A DNA stretch of 56,835 nucleotides from assembly GCA_025449635.1 (NCBI GenBank), contig JANWIZ010000016.1, forward strand, positions 1 through 56,835, in the 5' to 3' direction. Shown here piece by piece: positions 8,878 through 17,180 of the stretch (positions are counted from its first letter, which is position 1; each line of letters starts with the position of its first letter). Source of the stretch: Patescibacteria group bacterium (GTDB lineage Bacteria > Patescibacteriota > Microgenomatia > Woykebacterales > RBG-16-39-9b). The position numbers and the translations under genes were made by a program. The notes beneath the pieces are model-generated. The model saw only the letters and a program-made list of their open reading frames with translations. It made no database searches and was not told the origin of the DNA.

Positions 8878-9837
8878 ATGAGAGTTAAGTTTTGGGGAAC
8901 GCGTGGCTCGATGCCCGCAGCTGGTAATGAGTTTGCTCGGTATGGTGGACGCACAACTTGCGTTCAGATCATGTCCGAGTATCTCCCACCGGAAACGATT
9001 CTTGCGGTCGATGCAGGCACTGGCATAGATCTGCTTGGGAAAAAGGCGTTGACTGAAGGTGTGAAATGGGCACATGTACTCTTTTCACACTGGCATCACG
9101 ACCATACCCAGGGGCTTTTGCTCTGCCCGCCGATGTTCAAGGAGGACTTCACGTTCTACTTGTATGGGCCAGAAGAACACGGTTACACACCATTCAAGGT
9201 CTATGAGGCCTTGATGCAACCACCCCTTTTCCCGGTGCATTTCGCCCGGGTTAGACACCACTTTCGCCAAAAGCCAATCCGGTTTCCGGAAGCCCAGGCG
9301 ATTGTCGTGCACCCAGAAGGTGGGTTCAAGCTTCTCAACGTGGACGAACTCGCAAATGCCGAGAAGAACGAACCAGCTCAGCTCCAGATCCGACAAGGGA
9401 AATACCCGGTCGAGGAGTGTTTGGTAATCCGCATGATTCGCGGCAACCACCCCGATCGGTCCATCTCTTATCGGTTCGAGGAACGGCCGACCGGAAAGGT
9501 TTTCGTGTTCATGACTGACCACGAAAATACTGACGGTATCTCACAGGATATGCGTCGTCATTTGAAGGGAACTGACGTTCTGGTAATGGACTCTCAGTAT
9601 TCCCGACATCTGTACGACGAGCACACAGTGGGTTTCGGACACTCTACACCTGACTATTGTGTTCGGATCGCTGCTGCGGCTGGGACCTGTGGGTTTCTTG
9701 GGCTGACTCACCACGATCCTTTCGCTACGGACGAGGCGGTCGATGAAGTCCTAGAAGAAGCAAAGGCTGTCGCCGATAGCATTGGCTATAAGGGATTAAT
9801 TCGCGCCCTCGCTGATAACGACGAGATCGAAATCTAG
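8878..9837 (+). CDS. MBL-fold metallo-hydrolase (PhnP/RNase Z-like superfamily), compositionally foreign
   Basis: 319 aa. It starts MRVKFWGTRGS, has YGGRTTC and the HxHxDH motif SHWHHDHTQG. GC is much higher than in the flanks: one 60-nt block at 9241-9300 counts 36 G+C, against 15 at 8041-8100. Confidence 0.85.
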   Translation: MRVKFWGTRGSMPAAGNEFARYGGRTTCVQIMSEYLPPETILAVDAGTGIDLLGKKALTEGVKWAHVLFSHWHHDHTQGLLLCPPMFKEDFTFYLYGPEEHGYTPFKVYEALMQPPLFPVHFARVRHHFRQKPIRFPEAQAIVVHPEGGFKLLNVDELANAEKNEPAQLQIRQGKYPVEECLVIRMIRGNHPDRSISYRFEERPTGKVFVFMTDHENTDGISQDMRRHLKGTDVLVMDSQYSRHLYDEHTVGFGHSTPDYCVRIAAAAGTCGFLGLTHHDPFATDEAVDEVLEEAKAVADSIGYKGLIRALADNDEIEI

Positions 9838-9901
9838 TCAGGTTAGGTCTTCCGCTCACCAAAGACTGATGTTATCGACACGAGAGCAACTGCACCAAAC
9901 A

Positions 9902-9940
9902 GCCGACCTTTGACTTTCAAGGGCCGGCATTTTTTATTTT
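9902..9940 (+). terminator. Rho-independent terminator after the MBL gene
   Basis: GCCGACCTTTG...CAAGGGCCGGC forms an 11-bp stem with one mismatch and one GU pair, followed by ATTTTTTATTTT. Confidence 0.65.
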
Positions 9941-9998
9941 CGGCCCGTAAACAAAAAGACGGTTATTGCAAGTTTATTTGATATAATCCAAATAAAAT

Positions 9999-10694
9999 AT
10001 GGATACAAAAGAAATTATTGTAAGGCTAAAAAAACTAGAGAATAAGCAAAATGTTGAGGGAATGGCTCGTTTTGGTATTTCTTCAAATAATACGTTGGGT
10101 GTTAGTGTTAAGGTTTTGAGAGACATAAGAAAAGAGATAAGAAGTGAGGTTGAAAGCAAGAAAGCTATTCATAGTATTGCCCTTGAGCTTTGGGAAAGTG
10201 GGATTCACGAAGCTAGAATGCTCGCGACTATTATTGATGTGCCAGAATTAGTAACAGAAAAGCAAGCAGACGCTTGGGTAAGAGATATTGAGAGTTGGGA
10301 TATTTGTGATGGATTTTGCTTGAATTTGATTGATAAGACACCTTTTGCCTTTAATAAGGTTAAGCAATGGGTTCAAGAAGAAAAGGAATTTACTCGAAGA
10401 GCAGCCTTTTCTTTATTGGCTGGATTAGCTGTTCATCATAAGTCTGCAAGTAATAGTGATTTTGAAAAGTTTCTACCTTTGATAAAGAAATATGCAACTG
10501 ACGATAGAAATTTTGTTCGAAAGAGTGTAAATTGGGCGTTAAGACAAATAGGTAAGAGAAACAATAAACTATTGCACAAAGCAATCGACTTAGCCGAGGA
10601 ACTACTGAGCATGGATTCAAAATCGGCAAAGTGGGTAGGGAAGGACGCACTAAGAGAATTAAAGGGGAAATTGAATGAGTATGAAGAAAGATGA
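9999..10694 (+). CDS. DNA alkylation repair protein (AlkD-like HEAT-repeat family)
   Basis: 231 aa. The pattern MARFGI..NTLGVSV..LR.I....LA.ELW.SGIHEARMLAT......WV.DI.SWD.CD is typical of the DNA_alkylation family. Confidence 0.8.
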   Translation: MDTKEIIVRLKKLENKQNVEGMARFGISSNNTLGVSVKVLRDIRKEIRSEVESKKAIHSIALELWESGIHEARMLATIIDVPELVTEKQADAWVRDIESWDICDGFCLNLIDKTPFAFNKVKQWVQEEKEFTRRAAFSLLAGLAVHHKSASNSDFEKFLPLIKKYATDDRNFVRKSVNWALRQIGKRNNKLLHKAIDLAEELLSMDSKSAKWVGKDALRELKGKLNEYEER

Positions 10695-11022
10695 AGGTTT
10701 CCATGCGTATATAATGAATGAAGTTTTGCAAGATTTTGAAGGCATTACTTCAAGAGCAATGTTTGGCGGTTGGGGAATATACAAAAATGGTTTGTTTTTT
10801 GCTTTGATTGCTGACGGTCAGCTGTATTTTAAGGTTGATGAGTCAAACAAGAGAGACTTTGAGAAGAAAAACTCAACGCAGTTTGTTTATCAAATGAAAA
10901 ATGGAAAAGAACAGAAAATGAATTATTGGGAAATACCAGTTGATGTACTTGAGGATAGCACAGAATTAAACAACTGGGTCGAAAAATCATTTGAGGTTGC
11001 TAAAAGGGGAAAAAAGAAATGA
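10675..11022 (+). CDS. TfoX N-terminal domain protein
   Basis: 115 aa. RAMFGGWGIYKNGLFFALIADGQLYFKVDE...YWEIPVDVLED matches the TfoX_N pattern. It overlaps the upstream gene by 20 nt. Confidence 0.75.
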   Translation: MSMKKDEGFHAYIMNEVLQDFEGITSRAMFGGWGIYKNGLFFALIADGQLYFKVDESNKRDFEKKNSTQFVYQMKNGKEQKMNYWEIPVDVLEDSTELNNWVEKSFEVAKRGKKK

Positions 11023-11408
11023 GTTATTCCAAGATGGAAATAGAGCAGAAACTTGAAAACAGACTAATTGGAAAGAGACAGATGCAAGAAGCAGTGGTTT
11101 CCGCATTAACTTTTTTACCAACCGATACTGCCGATGAAGTAACAAAAAGTGTTTGGTTTGTGTCAAATTTTGACGATGCTTGGGGTTTTACCTTAGATAG
11201 TAAAGATTTGGGACAAAGACATCTAGTTTTTCTTAGTGACGAGCTTTTTTTCGAACCTAAGCAGCAGGTACTTTATACAATTTTGCATGAAGTGGGGCAT
11301 GTAGCCCTAGGGCATCGTAATGCATTTTTCAAACCACAAACCAGACAGGAAACCGAAAAACAAGAATACGAAGCTGATAAGTTCGCTCGCAAATATCTGA
11401 AAAATTAA
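11019..11408 (+). CDS. ImmA/IrrE-like (M78) zinc metallopeptidase, short form
   Basis: 129 aa. It has HExxH in ILHEVGHVALGH followed by EYEADKFARKYL (the E-x-EA-x-FA motif). The start overlaps the TfoX_N stop (ATGA). Confidence 0.65.
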   Translation: MSYSKMEIEQKLENRLIGKRQMQEAVVSALTFLPTDTADEVTKSVWFVSNFDDAWGFTLDSKDLGQRHLVFLSDELFFEPKQQVLYTILHEVGHVALGHRNAFFKPQTRQETEKQEYEADKFARKYLKN

Positions 11409-11803
11409 TTCTTGCCAGCTGAAAGTTTTAAAGATAAAGAATTTATACAATAACGCTGTCCTGTTGGTTTAGGACCATCTCCAAAAACATGACCAATGTG
11501 AGAACCACATCTAGAGCAAGTCACCTCGGTTCTTATCATCCCAAAACTTTCATCTGTCTTCTCCTCGACAACGATTTTTGATATGGGTTGGTAAAAACTC
11601 GGCCAGCCAGTACCGGAAGAAAATTTCGTTTCCGCATCAAAAAGTTCCTGTCCACACGCGGCACAAAGAAAAACACCTTCACCATGAAAATCTAGATACT
11701 GTCCGGAAAAAGGAGGTTCTGTACCTTTTCCTCTTGCTATGTGAAATAGTTGAGGTGAAAGTTGAGCTTCCCACTCAGATTCTGTTTTTTTGATTTTTTC
11801 CAT
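11405..11803 (-). CDS. msrB: Peptide-methionine (R)-S-oxide reductase
   Basis: 132 aa. It has two CxxC pairs (CAACG, CSRCG), GTGWPSF and the catalytic RYCINS. Confidence 0.93.
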   Translation of the reverse strand: MEKIKKTESEWEAQLSPQLFHIARGKGTEPPFSGQYLDFHGEGVFLCAACGQELFDAETKFSSGTGWPSFYQPISKIVVEEKTDESFGMIRTEVTCSRCGSHIGHVFGDGPKPTGQRYCINSLSLKLSAGKN

Positions 11804-11849
11804 ACTCTTATTATAACTAAATTGGAATACGAATAATTAACGAAAAAAA

Positions 11850-11878
11850 TTGCAAATTATTTACACCTATGGTATACT
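11850..11878 (+). promoter_or_regulatory. Sigma70-like promoter (TTGCAA-17-TGgTATACT) with no obvious plus-strand gene
   Basis: The -35 TTGCAA is at 11850-11855, the spacer is 17 nt, and the extended -10 TG-n-TATACT is at 11870-11878. Confidence 0.4.
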
Positions 11879-11888
11879 ATAATCATTC

Positions 11889-11912
11889 GAGCGCCAAAAA
11901 AGGCGCTTTTTT
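11889..11912 (+). terminator. GC hairpin plus T6, oriented as a plus-strand intrinsic terminator
   Basis: AGCGCC-AAAAAA-GGCGCT is followed by TTTTT. It lies 18 nt past the stop of the minus-strand ABC gene, but the T-run is on the plus strand. Confidence 0.5.
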
Positions 11913-11929
11913 CGTGGGAAAATGAAAGT

Positions 11930-13699
11930 TTAGTAAATCTCAAACTTTTCCAGTAATTTTTTGTTCCCTTCAATTTGATAGTTTAGTAAATCAGAATAAA
12001 TACCGGGTTTGTTAGCTAACTCCTCTGGGGTACCATTTTCGACGAGCTTTCCATCAGAGATTACTAAAATTCGATCGACATTTTGTATTGTGCTAAAACG
12101 ATGAGCTATGATAATTACTAATCGATTTTTTAATAGGGTTTCCAGTGCGTCTTGGACTTCCTTTTCACTTTTTGCATCCAAACTGCTTGTTGCTTCATCA
12201 AGAATTAGTATTGGGGAGTCTTTAAGAATAGCACGAGCTATTTGAATTCGTTGTTTTTGCCCTCCTGATAGTCGTACCCCTCGTTCTCCTACTTCACTAT
12301 TAATTCCATTTGGGAGTTTTTCCACAAAATCATAGGCATTGGCTTTTTTTAGTGCTAAAATAACAGCCTCTTGTGTGGAATTTGGATTTCCGTAAGCAAC
12401 ATTTTCTCTAATGCTAGTTGAAAAAAGTTCGTTTTCTTGGAAAACTAAAGCGATATTATTTCGAATAAATTTATGATCCAAATTCGTATAATTTTGATCA
12501 TTAAGGAAAATATCTCCAATTGTTGGAGTATAAAATTTAAGAATCAGATTTACCAAAGTCGATTTACCTGCCCCTGAAGGACCAACTAAAGCTACAGTTT
12601 CCCTTTTTTTAAGGGTAAAGGAAATATTATCGATAACTTGGTCAGATTTTTCATAGCTAAAAGTTACATTTTCAAATTTGATACTCGTGTCTGTAAGAGG
12701 TTTTTCTTGAATTTCTAGCTTGTAGTCCTCAGTCGATTTCAATGCCAATATTTCAAAATATTCCTTCGAACCACTTTCTGCCTTTTGAATATTTGTCAGA
12801 ATGAAACTCATTGCAAACAGAGGTCTTCGAGCTTGATTTACCAGCTGTAATATAAGTACCATTGCCCCAATTGAGAGCGAACCATTAAAAGTGCTGTAAA
12901 ACACCGTGATATTAACCAGAGCTAAGATAATCAATAAACTAAGATTTCTGGCAAAATCAAATTTATGAAAAGTCGAACTTTGTTTTGCGTAAATCTCATT
13001 ACTTTTACTTAAGTTTTTCGAAACAAAGCCAAATTCGTTAACCTCATTGTTAAAACTTTTGACCAACTTTATATTAGAAATAACTTCATTGATACGACTT
13101 CTTGATAAATCCTCAATTTGGTTTTTTTTAACCTCTTCTTCCCCCCAACGTTTGGTAGAGTAATAGCTTAATGAAAGATAAATTGGAAATAAAATCAGTA
13201 CAAAAAGAGCAATGGGAATACTAAAATAGGCAAGAACCACAATGGTAAAAATACTTTGTAAAAATGTTGGTAGAATAAAATTTGTTGCCCCATTAATAAA
13301 GTTTGAAATTGAAGAGATTGCTCGATTTAGCTGGTTAATCATTCTTCCGGAAAGTTCCCCATCAAAGTAACTCTGTGGAAGTGTCAAAACTTTATCATAA
13401 AATTTTTCAGTTAAAAATTTACTTAACCTGCCTGCAAAATGATCTCCAAGACGTTCACTGATTGAGGTAGTTATTTGACCAAAAATGCTTAACAAAAATC
13501 CAGCTAAAATAAGCAAAATCAGTTCAGAAAGGCTACCACCTTTATCCGAAAGTTGGGCGACGATATTGTCAACAATAAATTTAGAAAGGATAGGAGGAAT
13601 GAGTTCTATCAAAGCCCCTGTCACAATTAATAAAGCAATAAGTGCGACTAATTTGTGTAATGGTTTAGAAATCCCAATGATTTTAACAATATTGCTCAT
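11930..13699 (-). CDS. ABC exporter, fused permease/ATPase (MsbA-like type I exporter)
   Basis: 589 aa. It has a 6-TM N-domain, Walker A GPSGAGKST, signature LSGGQKQR, Walker B LILDEATS and H-loop IAHR. Confidence 0.9.
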   Translation of the reverse strand: MSNIVKIIGISKPLHKLVALIALLIVTGALIELIPPILSKFIVDNIVAQLSDKGGSLSELILLILAGFLLSIFGQITTSISERLGDHFAGRLSKFLTEKFYDKVLTLPQSYFDGELSGRMINQLNRAISSISNFINGATNFILPTFLQSIFTIVVLAYFSIPIALFVLILFPIYLSLSYYSTKRWGEEEVKKNQIEDLSRSRINEVISNIKLVKSFNNEVNEFGFVSKNLSKSNEIYAKQSSTFHKFDFARNLSLLIILALVNITVFYSTFNGSLSIGAMVLILQLVNQARRPLFAMSFILTNIQKAESGSKEYFEILALKSTEDYKLEIQEKPLTDTSIKFENVTFSYEKSDQVIDNISFTLKKRETVALVGPSGAGKSTLVNLILKFYTPTIGDIFLNDQNYTNLDHKFIRNNIALVFQENELFSTSIRENVAYGNPNSTQEAVILALKKANAYDFVEKLPNGINSEVGERGVRLSGGQKQRIQIARAILKDSPILILDEATSSLDAKSEKEVQDALETLLKNRLVIIIAHRFSTIQNVDRILVISDGKLVENGTPEELANKPGIYSDLLNYQIEGNKKLLEKFEIY

Positions 13700-13725
13700 T
13701 TAAGTTGGTTTATTCTATCATTATT

Positions 13726-14028
13726 ATGATGAGCCCAAAAGAACGCGTTTATAAAATAATATCAGAAATACCTTTAGGAAAAGTTGCTACTTATGGAATG
13801 ATAGCTAGATTGGCCGATACCGGTCCAAGGGCGGTTGGTACCTACCTGCATCAAAATAAAGACCCAAAAACATATCCTTGCCACAGAGTCGTCCACGCCG
13901 ATGGAAGTTTGGCACCTAGTTATGTTTTTGGAGGGTACCGAAAGCAATTTGAAAAACTGAAAAAAGAAAAAGTATTTTTTAAAGAGGAGAAAGTGAATCT
14001 CAAAGAGTCTCTTTGGACACAAACTTAA
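13726..14028 (+). CDS. MGMT-family protein (methylated-DNA-protein-cysteine methyltransferase DNA-binding/active-site domain only)
   Basis: It has a PCHRV active-site motif in KTYPCHRVVHADGSL and GKVATYGMIA upstream. ATG 13726 is preferred over the TTG at 13705 used in the ORF track. Confidence 0.8.
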   Translation: MMSPKERVYKIISEIPLGKVATYGMIARLADTGPRAVGTYLHQNKDPKTYPCHRVVHADGSLAPSYVFGGYRKQFEKLKKEKVFFKEEKVNLKESLWTQT

Positions 14029-14066
14029 TAAGACTAACCCCTTTCTTATGCTACAATCTTTCGGAT

Positions 14067-15698
14067 ATGGATAAGCGTTGGGTGCTGTACCCGAAAACGT
14101 CAGAGGATCTGACAGAACAACTACTTAATAATCGTCAAATTCAAAATAGAGAAAAATTTCTTAACCCTTTATTAACCCACCTGACTGATAGTAGAAAACT
14201 TTTCCCTGAGATTGAAAAAGCAACTGAAAGAATAAAAAGAGCCATCAAAAACAAAGAATTAGTATATATTTATGGTGACTATGATGTTGACGGTATTACA
14301 GGTAGTGCAATTCTTTGGGAAACAATAAATTTTCTTGGAGGAGAAGTTATGCCCTATATACCTTCACGTCATTCAGAAGGTTATGGGTTACATACAGAAG
14401 CACTGAAGCATTTGGCAAAAAAAGGAGCTAAAGTGGTTATCAGTGTCGATTGTGGGGTAACTGCTATAGAACAGTCAAAATTAGCTAAGAAGATTAACAT
14501 TGATCTGATTATTACAGATCATCATCAGCCTCAAGAAAGCTTGCCAAAACCCTATGCACTTATCCATACAACTAGTTTATCGGGTAGTGGGGTTGCGTTT
14601 CGACTGGCGGAAAACCTTTTAGAAAATTTTGGCAAATCTTCTGATAAGCAGTTTTTTAGAAATTTGGAACTGGCTAGTTTAGGAACAGTCGCGGATATGG
14701 TTCCTTTAACTAACGATAATCGCATAATTGTAAGTAATGGGTTATCGCTTTTATCAAAAACAGAAAGGTTAGGTCTACAAGCACTCTATCAGGAAGCTGG
14801 GGTAGGCTCGAGAATTGGAATTTATGAAGTTGGTTTTGCAATTTCGCCGAGACTCAATGCTATGGGGAGAATGCAGAATGCCTTAGATTCACTGAGGTTA
14901 CTTTTAACTAGGGATAAAGTTCGGGCGGAAAAACTAGCTCTTAATTTGAGCAAAATAAATAAAGATCGCCAAGACCAAACTAAAAGAGTTTTTGATCACG
15001 CAAAAAGTCAAATTGAAAAGAAGTTTTCGGAAAAAAGTTTTTTAATTGTGGAGTCTGAAAATTATCCTGAAGGGGTAGTTGGTTTGGTTGCTTCGAGATT
15101 GGTAGAGACTTTTTACAAACCCACAGCAGTAATTGGCAAAGGAGAAAAAGTTTTTAAAGGATCAGCACGATCAATTGGAAATTTCAATATTACTCAAGCG
15201 ATTAGTACCCAAGAGAAAATTCTCGTTTCTCACGGTGGCCACCCAATGGCTGCTGGTTTTTCGATCGAAGGTAAAAATATTCCTAAGTTTAGAGAAAATT
15301 TAGAGGATATCGCAAAAAAGGATATTTCTGACGATGATTTTATACCAAAACTGAAAGTCGATTGGGAACTTAAATTAAATGAGATAGATCAAAATTTATT
15401 GAAAATAATTAAACAACTCGAACCTTTTGGGATCGGAAATCCAGAACCAGTGTTTTTAACTAAAGTACTAGAAATAGTAGAAGTTAAGAGAATTGGTAAG
15501 GAGAGTCAACATTTGCGCCTTTTTGTGAAAGATAGTTTCGGTAACACTATTTCCGGAGTTGGATTTGGTTTTGGCAGTCAAAACTTTACGAAAGGAGAAA
15601 TCATAGATGTAGTTTATAATTTGAGGGAAAATACTTGGAATAGCCGAAAAACAATTGAGGCTCGGATTAAGGATATAAAAAAACAAATTTCAATATAG
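14067..15698 (+). CDS. recJ: Single-stranded-DNA-specific exonuclease RecJ
   Basis: It has DHH-family motifs (GDYDVDGITG, SVDCG, ITDHHQP) and DHHA1 GGHPMAAG. The ATG at 14067 (MDKRWVL) is preferred over 14013, which would overlap the MGMT gene. Confidence 0.9.
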   Translation: MDKRWVLYPKTSEDLTEQLLNNRQIQNREKFLNPLLTHLTDSRKLFPEIEKATERIKRAIKNKELVYIYGDYDVDGITGSAILWETINFLGGEVMPYIPSRHSEGYGLHTEALKHLAKKGAKVVISVDCGVTAIEQSKLAKKINIDLIITDHHQPQESLPKPYALIHTTSLSGSGVAFRLAENLLENFGKSSDKQFFRNLELASLGTVADMVPLTNDNRIIVSNGLSLLSKTERLGLQALYQEAGVGSRIGIYEVGFAISPRLNAMGRMQNALDSLRLLLTRDKVRAEKLALNLSKINKDRQDQTKRVFDHAKSQIEKKFSEKSFLIVESENYPEGVVGLVASRLVETFYKPTAVIGKGEKVFKGSARSIGNFNITQAISTQEKILVSHGGHPMAAGFSIEGKNIPKFRENLEDIAKKDISDDDFIPKLKVDWELKLNEIDQNLLKIIKQLEPFGIGNPEPVFLTKVLEIVEVKRIGKESQHLRLFVKDSFGNTISGVGFGFGSQNFTKGEIIDVVYNLRENTWNSRKTIEARIKDIKKQISI

Positions 15699-15731
15699 AC
15701 AAAGGAATACTGTTAGAATAGAATTGCTGCT

Positions 15732-17129
15732 ATGAAAAGAACGTACATAAAGGATCTTCCTAAAAGTTTAGAAGAAGAGGTTGAATGCTTTGGTTGGGTC
15801 AATTCGAGAAGAGATCATGGAAAAATAATTTTCTTTGATTTACGAGATTCAACAGGTTTACTTCAAGTTGTTTCTACCCCCAAAAACGAAAATAGTTATA
15901 AAATTGCGGAAACGTTGACTTCTGAGGATGTTGTTAAAGTGAAAGGTGTACTAAAGCAAAGACCTGAGGCAAACATAAATGAGGATTTAGTAACTGGAAA
16001 AGTCGAACTGCACATTTCCGACCTGGAGATTATTGGAAAGTCAAAGGAATTACCGATCCCAATTGACTCTGATGGTTATGAAATTGACGAGGGGGTACGT
16101 CTACGCTACCGATATCTAGATTTACGTAGATCTAGGCTTCAGAATAATTTGAAGTTACGTCACGAAACAAGTATTTTAATAAGGAATTTTCTTAATGATA
16201 GAAACTTTATCGAAGTTGAAACTCCTTATTTGAGTAAGACCACTCCCGAAGGAGCAAGAGATTTTTTGGTTCCTTCAAGAATGCAAAAGAGTAAATTTTA
16301 CGCACTTGCCCAGTCGCCCCAGCAGTATAAGCAGTTATTAATGATATCTGGAATTGATAAGTACTATCAATTTCCTAGAGCATTTCGTGACGAAGACTTG
16401 CGAGCGGATCGTCAATTTGAGCATACCCAGGTTGATATAGAACTTGCCTTTGTTGATCGCGATGCTATCCTTTCGTTAATTGAGACTATGATGTTGGAGA
16501 TTTCTGAAAAACTCGGAAAAAAAGTAACGGAAAAAAAGTTTCCTAGAATTAGCTATACTGAGGCACTGGAAAAATACGGGTCAGATAAATTTGATTTTAG
16601 AAAAAATAAAGAGGATAAAAACGAACTTGCTTTTGCTTTTGTAATAGACTTTCCGCTATTCGAGTATATTGACGAAGAGAAGCGCTGGACTTTTTCTCAT
16701 AACCCTTTCACAGCCCCAAAGCAAACTGACGTTGGAGATTTAGAAACGGGAAAAAATATTGGCAAGATTGGATCTCTGCAATACGACCTGATATGTAATG
16801 GTTTTGAATTAGCTTCAGGAAGTATTCGAATTCATGATCCTAGAATTCAAAGACAAGCCTTTAAAATAATGGGTTATTCTGACAGCGAAATTGAAAACAA
16901 CTTTGGACATATTCTTGAGGCATATGAATTCGGGGCTCCAATACACGGTGGGATAGCGCTAGGTCTGGATCGGTTAATAGCGGTTTTGAGCGGTGAAAAA
17001 TCAATTCGCGAAGTAGTATCTTTTCCAATTAATTCTAGTGGTCAAACTTCTGTTATGGAAGCACCAAATAAAGTGTCTTCGAACACATTAAAAGACCTAG
17101 GATTAAAGCAATTATCAGATAAAGAGTAA
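15732..17129 (+). CDS. aspS: Aspartate-tRNA ligase, bacterial-type core lacking the GAD insertion domain
   Basis: 465 aa. It has an OB-fold N-domain, motif 2 FRDEDLRADRQFEHTQVD and motif 3 GGIALGLDRL. The sequence goes from YGSDKFDFR directly to AFAFVIDFPLFE through only about 10 residues. Confidence 0.9.
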   Translation: MKRTYIKDLPKSLEEEVECFGWVNSRRDHGKIIFFDLRDSTGLLQVVSTPKNENSYKIAETLTSEDVVKVKGVLKQRPEANINEDLVTGKVELHISDLEIIGKSKELPIPIDSDGYEIDEGVRLRYRYLDLRRSRLQNNLKLRHETSILIRNFLNDRNFIEVETPYLSKTTPEGARDFLVPSRMQKSKFYALAQSPQQYKQLLMISGIDKYYQFPRAFRDEDLRADRQFEHTQVDIELAFVDRDAILSLIETMMLEISEKLGKKVTEKKFPRISYTEALEKYGSDKFDFRKNKEDKNELAFAFVIDFPLFEYIDEEKRWTFSHNPFTAPKQTDVGDLETGKNIGKIGSLQYDLICNGFELASGSIRIHDPRIQRQAFKIMGYSDSEIENNFGHILEAYEFGAPIHGGIALGLDRLIAVLSGEKSIREVVSFPINSSGQTSVMEAPNKVSSNTLKDLGLKQLSDKE

Positions 17130-17180
17130 GTTTATTGATCGAGTATTACTATTGGGCAATTTTTCTGTTCTGAAAATATA

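Noticed and set aside
9085-9522. 145-aa minus-strand ORF inside the MBL-hydrolase gene. ORF 8806..9075 on the minus strand is a similar case.
   Set aside because: It is antisense to a gene with clear family motifs. Long spurious antisense ORFs are expected in a locally GC-rich segment. It has no motifs or SD.
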